Positions 39,578-50,179 of a stretch of 64,000 nt of DNA are shown here, piece after piece. The notes below the pieces were generated by a model. It had not been told where the DNA came from. It saw nothing but the letters and a program-made list of their open reading frames with translations, and made no database searches. Source of the DNA: a virus; IMG/VR virus record IMGVR_UViG_3300021376_002797, positions 31,279-95,278 of that record. One strand, written 5' to 3'. The position numbers were made by a program, and so were the translations under genes. Within the stretch, counting starts at the first letter, position 1. Each line of letters begins with the position of its first letter.

Positions 39578-39773
39578 TTTTTGTTCTATTATTTATTTCA
39601 TCCAATAATTTATTATAACTACTTTCTGTCGAATCTAAATGGTGTGTTAATTTCATAATTAAAGATTTAGTCTTTTCGAAGTCTTCAGATAGAAATTTTA
39701 AAGCACTCGTTAAATCTTTATTAGATTTATTTTTATAATTTTTTATAATCTCAATTAGTTCTTTCGTTTTCAT
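39570..39773 (-). CDS. small coiled-coil hypothetical protein
   Basis: ATG at 39773 (MKTKELIEII...), coupled to neighbours. Confidence 0.65.
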   Translation of the reverse strand: MKTKELIEIIKNYKNKSNKDLTSALKFLSEDFEKTKSLIMKLTHHLDSTESSYNKLLDEINNRTKNV

Positions 39774-39774
39774 A

Positions 39775-41805
39775 TTAATAAGATTTTCCCCATCCTTTTG
39801 TTGGTTGGGTAGTCCCCGGTCCGGCACCAAATGGTGGTACAATTACTTTCAATGGCGGTATTAGAATTTCAGTTCTACCATTTTGTTTATTTTCTTTACT
39901 TTGTCCCTTTATTTTAGATTTAGTAAACAAATTCATTAAATTTGGTGTTCCGTCAGGATTATCGTCTGTTGGTAATCCTGCGTTTTGTAAATTCTCTATT
40001 ACATTAGCATAACTTCTTGTGTCAGACGCTCCACCCAAAAATTGTGCACCAGCTAGTGCAAATAACGGTAACCCTAAATTAAACTGACTGAGACCCAAAT
40101 TTAGTAATTTTAATAATTCATCTAAAACACTTTTACAGTTTCTGTAATCAATCACTGCCTGACCAACAACAAAAAGAATGTAAACTATATTTGCATACAT
40201 TGAAAGTTGTGTATCTTTTGCTTCTTTTGCAATATCTAAAAGGATACTCTCAACTAAAAGTTTAATATTTTTCTTAACTAAAGAAAAAATTTGTTCTATG
40301 AAAATGGCAATAACTCTTCTTATAAAACATAGAAGAAATTTTTTAAATTTTTTAAAAAAATCAGTTACGTCCTCAAATAATTCGTTTAAAAATGCAGAAC
40401 CATTAGAAATTATCGCCTTTATCATTATTATAAACCCTAACATTACTTTTGGTGTTAAAATTGCTTTAACTAAATTTGCCGGTAAGTTCAAAAGAAATTC
40501 TAATAATAATGATTCGTTAATATCTATATTTGGTCCTAAAAGTTGTTGCCATTTTGGATCTTCAGAGATGGAATCAATACCTTCAAAGAATTTATTTATT
40601 TTTTCTTGTGCCTTATTTTCTTTAATTACGTCGTCTAAAATTTGTGTGGTTGCCTGTACATTGACAGGTAAATTAACCTCATCGCAATCTTTAAATGTTA
40701 CTAAACCATTAACTTTTAGTTCTGTTTTAAAATCAATTTCTAATAAATCTTGTGGCGAAAGCTCAAAAAAAGAATCATCGATTAAATCCAAATCACTTAA
40801 TTTACCACTACCAGATATATCTATTTTTTTTGACGGATCAGAACAAATACCCATTAATCTTTTAACAAATTTTATAAATTTTTCAAGATCACTTAATTCA
40901 TCTGCTGGTGTGTTTAACCCTATTTGTATTGCTCCCATAAGTTGGGACATAATGGATTGTATTAATCCGTTTAAATCAAATATTTCAATACTACCAAAAT
41001 AATCTCTTAAAAAATCACTAATTTTTGTTCGATTTAATGATTGATTTAATAATGTTATTTTAAAATAATCATCATATTCTGTTAAGTTAGTAGTCGGGTT
41101 TGTATATTGGTTTACATATTGTATGTCAAAAAGTTGAGCCCCTGATGATCCAATATATGATTGTCCATACTGTTGTTGAAATGATTGTGGAGAAATTAAT
41201 CTATTATAAAGTTCTCTATTCATTGAATAAGGAACTTGACCATTTTGAGTGGTTTCAAACTCATACATATATTTACCATATTGATCATCAGGAGAAATCT
41301 TTAAAATTTTAAACAAGTCTAAATGTTTTAATTTTATATAGATGGGTATATTTACCATATCTTGGTACGATTGTTCTTCAGAACAACCAATAGTGTCAGT
41401 AATACATTCTATAAAAATATCAGTGAATTTTGCTTTAGTATTTTCTACCGCCAATAAAAAAATATTACCTAAAATTTTACTTGTCTTTAGGTTTCCTATT
41501 CTTCCTGATTTATTTTTGGATTTTTTTCTTGAATTTTCTCCTGACTTTTCTCCATAACCTATAGTTGTTTTATATAAATCAATTAATGATTCATAAAGAC
41601 CTGGTTCTTCAGAACTTCTTTTTTTATTTTTATTTTTTTGTAAATCTTTTAATTTTTTCTTAACGTCTTTACTGGTCAATGTATTTTTTTCTTTTGTTTG
41701 ATCCTTCTTTCTTTTTTTTTCTGATTGATTATTTTGCACAACGGTTTTGTAAGCGGAAACCTTACTTTTTATGTTATCTAAATCATTTTTATTATCCAAT
41801 CCCAT
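39775..41805 (-). CDS. large hypothetical protein (possibly tail/baseplate)
   Basis: 676-aa ORF in operon with the gp5-like gene. Confidence 0.65.
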   Translation of the reverse strand: MGLDNKNDLDNIKSKVSAYKTVVQNNQSEKKRKKDQTKEKNTLTSKDVKKKLKDLQKNKNKKRSSEEPGLYESLIDLYKTTIGYGEKSGENSRKKSKNKSGRIGNLKTSKILGNIFLLAVENTKAKFTDIFIECITDTIGCSEEQSYQDMVNIPIYIKLKHLDLFKILKISPDDQYGKYMYEFETTQNGQVPYSMNRELYNRLISPQSFQQQYGQSYIGSSGAQLFDIQYVNQYTNPTTNLTEYDDYFKITLLNQSLNRTKISDFLRDYFGSIEIFDLNGLIQSIMSQLMGAIQIGLNTPADELSDLEKFIKFVKRLMGICSDPSKKIDISGSGKLSDLDLIDDSFFELSPQDLLEIDFKTELKVNGLVTFKDCDEVNLPVNVQATTQILDDVIKENKAQEKINKFFEGIDSISEDPKWQQLLGPNIDINESLLLEFLLNLPANLVKAILTPKVMLGFIIMIKAIISNGSAFLNELFEDVTDFFKKFKKFLLCFIRRVIAIFIEQIFSLVKKNIKLLVESILLDIAKEAKDTQLSMYANIVYILFVVGQAVIDYRNCKSVLDELLKLLNLGLSQFNLGLPLFALAGAQFLGGASDTRSYANVIENLQNAGLPTDDNPDGTPNLMNLFTKSKIKGQSKENKQNGRTEILIPPLKVIVPPFGAGPGTTQPTKGWGKSY

Positions 41806-41807
41806 AA

Positions 41808-42182
41808 TTAAATTTTGTAACCATCGCTAAACGAATCTTTATTTAAATCTTTTTGTATCAAAGTCTGTAATAAACTATCATCAACATCAGATAAAGAAAA
41901 ATCAGAATCTTTATCACTGTTTTGAGATTTTTCCCAAATTGAGGATTGTAGTTTTGATAAACTCAACTTTTTTTCTATTGTGTCGTTAATTATTTTTTGT
42001 TGTTCCTTTATAACGGGACCAATTAATGTCATGTCTTCGGCCTCTTTAAGCATTGACAACATTTTGTTTTGAATTCGTAATGCGGTAGATCTTTGCTCAA
42101 CCAACTCATTATAAATTTCTTGCATTAAAGAAAGTACAGAATCTTTATTTAACGATATCTCTTTTTTTCTATTTCTATTCAT
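41808..42182 (-). CDS. coiled-coil hypothetical protein
   Basis: ORF with late motif at 42188-42194. Confidence 0.65.
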   Translation of the reverse strand: MNRNRKKEISLNKDSVLSLMQEIYNELVEQRSTALRIQNKMLSMLKEAEDMTLIGPVIKEQQKIINDTIEKKLSLSKLQSSIWEKSQNSDKDSDFSLSDVDDSLLQTLIQKDLNKDSFSDGYKI

Positions 42183-42196
42183 AATTAATAAATATT

Positions 42197-42934
42197 TTAA
42201 TACTGATTATTTATTTTTCTGACAGTTTCAATATATAATGTTTTGTATTTTTTTAAATAAATTCTTATTTCTTTTGTGTTAAGATTTGTCATTTCTCTCA
42301 AAGTTAAAAGAACAACATTCTTGTTGAACTTATTATTATCATTACCAATAAAAATATTTCCATAGTTGTCAAATAAATCAATAAGTGCAACCCCTAATTT
42401 TGATTCGTTTTCATTTAGTCTTGAATCTTCTACATAATTTTTTAAATCAATCAAAAACAATTCAATTATTTTTTCTGCGCCTATTTTTTCGAATTCCATA
42501 TAATATACCATATCAGGTCTATTTTCTAAACTGGCTGAAATATCCTCATATGAAATTTTTCTGTTCATATCTTTTTGGTCTTTTTGGATTTGCCCCATTA
42601 AATAATTTTTGCAAATGGTACCAAAATATGAATATGCTTTTTTGTTTTTTGCCGGTCTAAATTTATCCACTTTAGTCATAAGAAAAGAATGTGTGTCTGT
42701 GTGGATGTCTTTATAATCCATATCTTTTCTATATAACTTATACCTTCTGATTATAGATTCTATCATCTTATCTAAAGGGTCTCTAAGAAATTCATTATAT
42801 ATTTCTTCTTTTTCTTCACGAGATTCGGCGGTGATGTATTTTTTCACCGCCTCTTCTTCACGGACATCAAAATAATTTGTTTTTTTTACCGTCTTTTGCT
42901 TTTCGATGCTGTTTTCATCATGGTTTAACTGCAT
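42197..42934 (-). CDS. phage RNA polymerase sigma factor (gp55-like late sigma)
   Basis: KTNYFD..EE and KFRPAKNKKAYSYFGTICKNYL, a region-2-like motif. Confidence 0.7.
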   Translation of the reverse strand: MQLNHDENSIEKQKTVKKTNYFDVREEEAVKKYITAESREEKEEIYNEFLRDPLDKMIESIIRRYKLYRKDMDYKDIHTDTHSFLMTKVDKFRPAKNKKAYSYFGTICKNYLMGQIQKDQKDMNRKISYEDISASLENRPDMVYYMEFEKIGAEKIIELFLIDLKNYVEDSRLNENESKLGVALIDLFDNYGNIFIGNDNNKFNKNVVLLTLREMTNLNTKEIRIYLKKYKTLYIETVRKINNQY

Positions 42935-43746
42935 TAAACATCTTGTGGTTCATATTTTATGTTTCTATCAGATGTAAAAAAATGTTCTTTTTTTGCTACA
43001 TCTAACCAAAAGGTTATTTCATTATCAGAAATCTTTTCTTGACCAAATTTATAATTCCAAAAAATAGAACCTTCTCTCATGTTTGTATGTTTATAACCAA
43101 TTCTAGGAATTGTCATAATTTTAATAGAATTGTAAGTTAATCTCAATAAAAACTCATACACAAAAGTAAGTTTTATTGATGGTTTGAATCCTCCATTATT
43201 TTCGAAAATTGATTTTTTTAAAACCATACCTGATGATTGAAAATTTTGGTATGTTAATAACACATCATTTGTTAAATAACCCATTTCGGTATTTAAACTT
43301 ACTGCAAATGTGGCTTCATTAGTAAACCCCGCAAAAAGCCCTTTTTCATCAGTGTCTACAACTAAGGGTAAAAAGGCTTCGACTTCAGGGTATGACTCTG
43401 TAAATCTTTTTACATTTTTGAACCATATTGATGAGTACTCATCATCAAACTCTAAAATAGATACCCATTTACTCTTTGCGTTTTTAACTCCCATATTAAC
43501 TTGGGTTGCGAAATCTTTTGATCCACTATTTTCAACTAAACTAACACTTAGGTTACCAAAATCATAGTTTTTTAAAATATTAACAAGACTTTCTTCTTGT
43601 GTGTGTACAATTACCAACTCATTAATGTCTACCGTTTGGTTTTGTAACGATTTGATTGATCTTTCTAACAGTTCTTCAAATGATCTGTGTTTTGAAGACT
43701 CAATAGGTAAAATTACCGATACGTCTAATTTTTGTTTTTCTTCCAT
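42934..43746 (-). CDS. GT2 glycosyltransferase
   Basis: VSVILPI, NMGVKNAKSKWVSILEFDD. Confidence 0.8.
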   Translation of the reverse strand: MEEKQKLDVSVILPIESSKHRSFEELLERSIKSLQNQTVDINELVIVHTQEESLVNILKNYDFGNLSVSLVENSGSKDFATQVNMGVKNAKSKWVSILEFDDEYSSIWFKNVKRFTESYPEVEAFLPLVVDTDEKGLFAGFTNEATFAVSLNTEMGYLTNDVLLTYQNFQSSGMVLKKSIFENNGGFKPSIKLTFVYEFLLRLTYNSIKIMTIPRIGYKHTNMREGSIFWNYKFGQEKISDNEITFWLDVAKKEHFFTSDRNIKYEPQDV

Positions 43747-43747
43747 G

Positions 43748-44812
43748 TTATTTTTCTTCTGATATTTTAAGTTTATCTAATTGTTCTGTGAACAAATCAT
43801 GTCTAGTTTCAAAGTAATCGTTAAATGTATTTATAACCTGATCTTCAAAAACTTCTTTTTTATTATAATTGGATGATGTTTTTTGCATTTCAATATATAG
43901 TTCATCATTAATATTATCTTCTAACCAGTTTTGTGTGAAATTTGCAGCAACATCAACAATGTCATTAAATTCTTGTGTCCACACACCATTCATATCACTC
44001 ATCCATTCTGGTTTTAGTGCTGGTATTTTACCAATTACAGGTGTATTAGATGACATAGACTCTAATGGGTATGTACCAAAACCTGACTCATAATCTACCC
44101 AAATCGATAAATAAGATTCTTTTAAAAATTTAGCAAAATCCTCCTGTTTAATACCTCTCATGTCCCTAAAAGTAATCCATCTATATTGTGGGTATTTTAA
44201 ATAAAAAGTTTTGATTATTTTTGCAGTATCCCTTTGTTCTCTCGTGTGTATTGCGATAATTGGTTTGGAAGGTTTTTCTTTTTTTGTAAAGAATTCGCTG
44301 ATGTATGGCTCAATAATGTCATAACTAACTCCTCTCATTATTTCTGACAAATGTTTTTTTTGTGTTTCGTTTGTTGTAATACATTTAATAAATCCATATT
44401 GAGACCAAGAAACGCCAGGAGGTAATGTTTCTAACATGTGGTCATACGCTTGACATAAAACAATTTTTCCACAAGGAAAACTTTTTAATTGGTCCATAAC
44501 ATGTCCATAAATTTCAGGAATAACAATGAAATCTTCGGGTGAAATAGCCAAATTCTGACCTTCAATTGGTTGGTGAGGTAACTCCATGTACTTAGGATCT
44601 AACCATTCTGAAACACCTTTGTAGTCGTTGGCTTCATGAATAATAATAGAATTATATCCATTATTTTTCAAAGTTAATGCTATGTCATAGATATATTTAA
44701 TAGACGCCTTGGGATTACCTTTAGTGTCTTGAACTAAAAAATATAATCTTGCATTTTTGTTTTTTAAGTTTTCAATTGATTTCTCAATTTTTTCTAATTT
44801 TTCTAATTCCAT
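43748..44812 (-). CDS. GT-B (GT4-like) glycosyltransferase
   Basis: VIPEIY and SGFGTYPLESM..TPVIG. Confidence 0.7.
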   Translation of the reverse strand: MELEKLEKIEKSIENLKNKNARLYFLVQDTKGNPKASIKYIYDIALTLKNNGYNSIIIHEANDYKGVSEWLDPKYMELPHQPIEGQNLAISPEDFIVIPEIYGHVMDQLKSFPCGKIVLCQAYDHMLETLPPGVSWSQYGFIKCITTNETQKKHLSEIMRGVSYDIIEPYISEFFTKKEKPSKPIIAIHTREQRDTAKIIKTFYLKYPQYRWITFRDMRGIKQEDFAKFLKESYLSIWVDYESGFGTYPLESMSSNTPVIGKIPALKPEWMSDMNGVWTQEFNDIVDVAANFTQNWLEDNINDELYIEMQKTSSNYNKKEVFEDQVINTFNDYFETRHDLFTEQLDKLKISEEK

Positions 44813-44815
44813 TTT

Positions 44816-45103
44816 TTAAAACTTTTTAAGTATTTTATTTATTAATAGAGTATTGAATGATATCTTGAAAGGTATGGTTAAGTTTTTTGATCCATGTAAC
44901 CCCAAACTTTCATCCAAGTCTTCTCTTTCTGTTAATATTACCTCGATCAAACTTTTAAAAGTTTCAAATCTTGTAACGCTTATTTGTTGTTCAGGTGTTT
45001 CTGTTTCTCCTGAGACAACGGGTAATACTGATTTTTCATAACTAACTTGCTTTTCTAATTCATCAATATCAATGTAATAATTTTCTCCTAAAAATTCTAA
45101 CAT
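44816..45103 (-). CDS. hypothetical protein
   Basis: Coupled ORF in operon. Confidence 0.65.
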   Translation of the reverse strand: MLEFLGENYYIDIDELEKQVSYEKSVLPVVSGETETPEQQISVTRFETFKSLIEVILTEREDLDESLGLHGSKNLTIPFKISFNTLLINKILKKF

Positions 45104-45105
45104 AT

Positions 45106-45747
45106 TTATAATTTTTTTAACACTTCGTCAAATTCTTTCAATGTATTTATTTCATATTCACAATCGACACTTTTATTGTAATTCGTATTATATTTGATAA
45201 CAATTTTACCTTTCGGTTTTTCTAATAATAAGATAGGATTTGCCGTAAGTAAAATATCAATTTCATCCCACATTGAATTTATTGTTGAATTTGAGTAAAA
45301 TTTAACCTTTTCCAATAGGCATCCGAACTTAGATAAGAAAAATAAAGATGCTGGTTTTGATTTACCCATCTCGTCAGAAACAATCAATAATTCATTATTA
45401 TCTCTATATTTTAAATAAATTTCATTAAGATCATTAAAAGTAAAAGTTTCAGTAGAACCCGCATGACCAAAAATTTGCATAGCAAAATCTTCATACATAA
45501 ATTCGTATAATTCATTTTCATCAATAAATTTGAAGTGATCTATTAAATTTAATGTTGTAACATCACTTAAAATTTTATATTCAAACTCTTCAGGTGTTGA
45601 TATCTCTTCGGTATTTCCCGATATGTCTAACTCAAAAGTTTTACTATCGTCATTTTTTTCTTCAATCATATGTTTTTCATATAATTGAGTAAACTTACCA
45701 ATAGTGTCCCTTAACACTCCATTAATTTCAATCCCTATTCTCTTCAT
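45106..45747 (-). CDS. HAD-fold 5'-nucleotidase-like protein with degenerate motif I
   Basis: IGIEINGVLRD in place of DxDGV. Confidence 0.55.
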   Translation of the reverse strand: MKRIGIEINGVLRDTIGKFTQLYEKHMIEEKNDDSKTFELDISGNTEEISTPEEFEYKILSDVTTLNLIDHFKFIDENELYEFMYEDFAMQIFGHAGSTETFTFNDLNEIYLKYRDNNELLIVSDEMGKSKPASLFFLSKFGCLLEKVKFYSNSTINSMWDEIDILLTANPILLLEKPKGKIVIKYNTNYNKSVDCEYEINTLKEFDEVLKKL

Positions 45748-46462
45748 ATTTTTTTAATATTCTACTAATTAGTGGATTCCTTACCACATCCTCATCCCTA
45801 AACTCAAATACCCCTACATCATTTACATCATTAAACTTTCTAATTGCGTCATAAAGACCTGATTGTTTTTTGTCTTTATAACGGTCAGTTTGTTCAATGT
45901 CTCCTGATATAAAGAATTTACTATTGAAACCTATTCTTGTCAATAGTAATTTCATCTGATTTGGGCTTGAGTTTTGCGCTTCCTCAAATATTAAAATTGT
46001 ATTATCTATATTCATTCCTCTCATATATGCTAAAGCAAATACCTCAATAATTTCAGCGTCCTTTAATTTTTCTCTTGCATCTTTACCTATAATTTTGTTT
46101 AATAGATAATAAGATGGGAAAATGTATGGATCTAATTTTTCTTCTAAATTACCGGGTAATGAACCAAGTTTTTCTTCTGCCTCAACTGCTGGTCTAACAA
46201 TAACAAGTTTTTCATAATGATTGGTTGGGTCCATTAATAAATCTACGGCAGCTTTCATTGCTATATATGATTTACCAACACCAGCAGGTCCTGAACAAAT
46301 AGTTATTTGATTATTTTTTAAAAGGTTATAATAATGTTCTTGATTCTCTGTAAGAAATTTATTTTTTACTTTTTTTTTGATAACTGAATTTATAAAATCT
46401 TTTCTTGAAAAGGGTTTGGATTCTTGTTCTTCAGATTGTTGTTGTGGTTTTTTTCTTGTCAT
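45728..46462 (-). CDS. phoH: PhoH-family ATPase
   Basis: GPAGVGKS, RPAVEAEEKLGSLPG, YMRG, EEAQN, GDIEQTD, VVRNPL. Confidence 0.95.
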   Translation of the reverse strand: MTRKKPQQQSEEQESKPFSRKDFINSVIKKKVKNKFLTENQEHYYNLLKNNQITICSGPAGVGKSYIAMKAAVDLLMDPTNHYEKLVIVRPAVEAEEKLGSLPGNLEEKLDPYIFPSYYLLNKIIGKDAREKLKDAEIIEVFALAYMRGMNIDNTILIFEEAQNSSPNQMKLLLTRIGFNSKFFISGDIEQTDRYKDKKQSGLYDAIRKFNDVNDVGVFEFRDEDVVRNPLISRILKKYEENRD

Positions 46463-46463
46463 A

Positions 46464-47378
46464 TTATTTTCTTATAATATTATAGTTGTTTTCAAAATAT
46501 TCAATAGTTTCTTTTAAACCTTCATAAAGCGGTGTGAATTTAAAATCAGGTAAATATTTTTTTATTTTTGAATTGTCACTTGGTTTTCTAAATTGCCCCT
46601 CTGGTTTTTCTTTATCCCAAATAATATTACCCTTGTAATTCATAATTTCTATTATAACATCAACAACATCTTTTATTGATATTTCATCAGATGTTGAAAG
46701 TATTATAGGTTCACTTTCTTCGTAGTTGTCTAAAACCCATTCTGTTAGTTTTGCAACATCACGGCTAAATATAAACTCCCTTAATGGTTTACCTGAACCC
46801 CAAATAATAAAATCTGTTTTATTTTCTCTTGCTAAGTAACATTTATGAATTAATGAAGGAATTACGTGTCCATTTACAATATCGTAATTGTCGTTTGGTC
46901 CGTAAATGTTTGTTGGAATTACTGATTTGTAATTTAATCCATATTGTTCTTTGTATGCTCTAATTTGTACATCTGCCATTCTTTTTGCATAAGCGTATGC
47001 ATCATTTGAAAAATGTGGGGGACCTAAATGTATTTTTGATTCAGTAAGGGGATATTCTACATTATTTGGAAAAATACAAGTAGATAAAAAAGCCACAAGA
47101 TTTTTTATATTATGTTGTCTTGATGATTCAATAACATTTGTATTAATCATAATATTATCATAGAAAAACTTACCCTTATGGTTCATATTTCCGCCAACAC
47201 CACCAACTTTACCTGCACAATGTATGATACTATCAAAATTATTTAACCCAACTAACGTGTTGACTTCTGAGGTTATTCTAATGTCAACCTCTTTAGATGT
47301 TGGTTTAAAGTATTTATCTCCAATAAATTCTGATCCAACCAAACCATAACCACCGGTAACTAATATCTTATTTTGCAT
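46464..47378 (-). CDS. fcl: GDP-L-fucose synthase
   Basis: TGGYGLVG, KVGGVGGN, LSTCIFP, YAYAKR, PTNIYGPND, GSGKPLREF. Confidence 0.93.
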   Translation of the reverse strand: MQNKILVTGGYGLVGSEFIGDKYFKPTSKEVDIRITSEVNTLVGLNNFDSIIHCAGKVGGVGGNMNHKGKFFYDNIMINTNVIESSRQHNIKNLVAFLSTCIFPNNVEYPLTESKIHLGPPHFSNDAYAYAKRMADVQIRAYKEQYGLNYKSVIPTNIYGPNDNYDIVNGHVIPSLIHKCYLARENKTDFIIWGSGKPLREFIFSRDVAKLTEWVLDNYEESEPIILSTSDEISIKDVVDVIIEIMNYKGNIIWDKEKPEGQFRKPSDNSKIKKYLPDFKFTPLYEGLKETIEYFENNYNIIRK

Positions 47379-48345
47379 AGTAATCTAACCAATATTCAAT
47401 CATTTCATCTAACATAGTTTCAAATGTGTATTTAGGTTCCCATCCCAATTTGTTTTTTAACTTTGAGGAATCTCCTTTTAAATCATGTAATTCTTCGGGT
47501 CTGAAATGTTTTTCATCAATAACCACATAGTCTTCATAATTTAAATTTAACTTTTTAAAAGTGTAATCACATAGTTCTTTAACTGAATGAGATACACCTG
47601 TGGAACAAACATAATCTTCAGGATTTTCAGATTGTAACATTAACCACATCGCTTCGACATAATCCTTAGCGTGGCCCCAATCTCTTGATGCCGACAAATT
47701 ACCTAAATGTAATTTATCTTGTAGTCCTAAACTAATTCTAACCGCAGCCTTTACGACTTTATTTGTTACAAAATTAGTTCCCCGTCTTGGTGATTCGTGA
47801 TTAAACAAAATCCCATTCCATATTTTCATACCATAAGAATTTCTATAGTTTCTACAAATATTATATGAAAATACTTTAGCACAACCATAAGGTGATACTG
47901 GATTCATTGATGTCGTTTCTCTTTGATATCCGTCGTCATCAATAGTATTACCAAACATTTCTGAGGAAGATGCTTGATATATCTTTGAATGTGGTGAAAC
48001 CATTCTTACCGCCTCTAATAAATTTAAAGTCCCTAAACCTGTTGCATTTGCGGTGTAAATTGGTTGGTCAAAACTAATTCTTACGTGTGATTGAGCTGCT
48101 AAATTATAAACTTCATATGGCTGTATTAGTGAAATTACTCTGACTAATGATGCCATATCTGTTAAATCAGCATACTCTAAATTTACTAAATTTTGCTCTC
48201 TTAAGTGTTCAATTCTACTTGATTGGGTTTCTGAAACTGAATTTCTCTTAACTATACCCCAAACCTCATAGTTTTTACTAATTAGTAATTCGGCCAAGTA
48301 TGACCCATCCTGACCATTTATACCGGTTATTAACGCTTTTTTCAT
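47368..48345 (-). CDS. gmd: GDP-mannose 4,6-dehydratase
   Basis: ITGINGQDGSYLAE, AAQSHVRISF, QASSSEMFG, LFNHESPRRG, RDWGHAKDYV. Confidence 0.96.
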   Translation of the reverse strand: MKKALITGINGQDGSYLAELLISKNYEVWGIVKRNSVSETQSSRIEHLREQNLVNLEYADLTDMASLVRVISLIQPYEVYNLAAQSHVRISFDQPIYTANATGLGTLNLLEAVRMVSPHSKIYQASSSEMFGNTIDDDGYQRETTSMNPVSPYGCAKVFSYNICRNYRNSYGMKIWNGILFNHESPRRGTNFVTNKVVKAAVRISLGLQDKLHLGNLSASRDWGHAKDYVEAMWLMLQSENPEDYVCSTGVSHSVKELCDYTFKKLNLNYEDYVVIDEKHFRPEELHDLKGDSSKLKNKLGWEPKYTFETMLDEMIEYWLDYYAK

Positions 48346-48385
48346 ATATTTTTTAAAAATACACGTAAAAACAATAAAGGTCAAG

Positions 48386-48694
48386 TTAATATTTTGAAAA
48401 AAAATCGGTGTCTGTTATACCTTTATCATCTATATAGTAATCGGCAGATATTTTAACACCCACCCTTAATTTATGATATTTCACACCCCAATTACTAAGT
48501 TGCTTTTCAGTTTTTTTATACCAATCTATTTTCGACTCAGAACCTCTAGCTGTTTCAATGATTATTGTATGACCATTATCAAATAGTTCATTAACTAGCT
48601 CAATCCTACTTTGGTAGGGTTCTGAATTTTCATAATTTAATCCATTAAGTTTACATAATGTACCATCTAAATCAAAACAATAAATTTTACTCAC
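48386..48694 (-). CDS. small HAD phosphatase (capsule-biosynthesis type)
   Basis: FDLDGTLC, TARG, YYIDDK. Confidence 0.85.
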   Translation of the reverse strand: MSKIYCFDLDGTLCKLNGLNYENSEPYQSRIELVNELFDNGHTIIIETARGSESKIDWYKKTEKQLSNWGVKYHKLRVGVKISADYYIDDKGITDTDFFSKY

Positions 48695-49535
48695 CTCTTA
48701 AAGTTTTTCTTTTTGATAATTCGCTTTTAATAACTTCTCTTGGGCCATAACCATTACCACTAGCTATCTCAATATCTCTAATACCTTTTATTAGTTTTAT
48801 TAACCCACTAGGTTCAACTGAAGCCATTTGGTCACTACCCCATATTGATCTATCTAATGTGATATGTCTTTCAATCCATGTCGCACCTAATGTTGTTGCT
48901 GCAAAAGTTGTTGTTAACCCAAATTCATGTCCACTATAACCTATTTCTTTGTTAGGGTATTTTTCAGTTAACCATTTAATATAACCTAAATTTAATTCGT
49001 CTATTGGTGATGGGTAAGTTGAATTTGTATGAAAAATCAAATCTGGTTCACAAATATTTATACATTTAACAATTTCTTCTTCAGTACTCATGCCAGTTGA
49101 AATCATTAAATAATCAGATTTTTCTTTTGCGTATTTAATCAATTCGTCATTAGTTATTAATGCAGATGGTATTTTCATCATTATTTTTTCTTCATCATTA
49201 AATTTAGTAGTATATTGACTCATAAAATCAACTGAACCTAAATCCCACACAGATGCAAACCAACCTATTTTCTTTTCTCTACAATACCTATCAATTTCAT
49301 CATATTCTTCTTTACCAAATTCTATTTTATGTTTATATTCTAAATAAGTCATTTCACCCCATGGTGTTGATTTAATTTTATTTTTTTCATCCTTTGGAAC
49401 ACAAACATCTGGATTTCTTTTTTGAAATTTGACGTAATCACATTTTGCTATAACAGCAACGTCAATTAATTTTTTTGTCATTTCTAATGAACCATTGTGG
49501 TTTATACCTATTTCACCAATAATTTTTGTTTTCAT
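48687..49535 (-). CDS. neuB: NeuB-family nonulosonate synthase (no SAF domain)
   Basis: GEIGINHNG, VKFQKR, ISTGMS, GYSGHE, IERHITLD. Confidence 0.9.
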   Translation of the reverse strand: MKTKIIGEIGINHNGSLEMTKKLIDVAVIAKCDYVKFQKRNPDVCVPKDEKNKIKSTPWGEMTYLEYKHKIEFGKEEYDEIDRYCREKKIGWFASVWDLGSVDFMSQYTTKFNDEEKIMMKIPSALITNDELIKYAKEKSDYLMISTGMSTEEEIVKCINICEPDLIFHTNSTYPSPIDELNLGYIKWLTEKYPNKEIGYSGHEFGLTTTFAATTLGATWIERHITLDRSIWGSDQMASVEPSGLIKLIKGIRDIEIASGNGYGPREVIKSELSKRKTLRGE

Positions 49536-50179
49536 AATAATTTTTCTATTAATTTTAAATCGTCTATAGTATCAACTTGAAAGCTTTTTGAATAAGGCAT
49601 TTCAATTATACCAACGTTATTGTTATATCTTAATTTATTTTTGATTAATGATTCTTTTTTTGTTATATAAAAAGCACCATTTTCAACAAATAATTCTTTA
49701 ATTTCTTGTCTCATTGGTCTGTTATTAACATCCCAGTTATGTGGAGTTATTTTATTATCAATGTTTTCCCATCTTGGTAACCAATGTTCTTTATAGCCGC
49801 TAAATACTGAATCAAAATTATTATTTAAAATTAATTCAATACCTTCGTTTATATAATCATGAGTTAATAATGGAGAAGTAGCTTGTATAAAAACTAAAAC
49901 ATCAAAGTCAACATTGTCTGAAAAATATAATAACGCTTCTTCACTTTTACTAAAGTCAGTTGATATTTCTTTTGGCCTAATAAGAATATTAGCACCATTC
50001 ATTTTACTAACATTAGCTATTTCTTCATCATCAGTGCAAACCCATGTTTCATTAACTTTTGAGTTTATTGATGCGTCTATAGTGTAATTAATCATTGGTT
50101 TTCCTTTCAACGGATAAATGTTTTTCCTAGGAATACCTTTCGATCCACCTCTAGCCAAAATTACTGAAACTATTTTCAT
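49532..50179 (-). CDS. neuA: CMP-nonulosonate synthetase (acylneuraminate cytidylyltransferase)
   Basis: LARGGSKGIPRKN, QATSPL, ENGAFY. Confidence 0.9.
   Translation of the reverse strand: MKIVSVILARGGSKGIPRKNIYPLKGKPMINYTIDASINSKVNETWVCTDDEEIANVSKMNGANILIRPKEISTDFSKSEEALLYFSDNVDFDVLVFIQATSPLLTHDYINEGIELILNNNFDSVFSGYKEHWLPRWENIDNKITPHNWDVNNRPMRQEIKELFVENGAFYITKKESLIKNKLRYNNNVGIIEMPYSKSFQVDTIDDLKLIEKLL

Noticed and set aside
40298-41002. 234-aa plus-strand ORF and other antisense ORFs within long genes
   Set aside because: Antisense shadows of AT-rich coding genes with no recognisable motifs.
41808-42182. Terminase small subunit
   Set aside because: Size and coiled-coil fit, but there is no diagnostic motif, so it is left as hypothetical.
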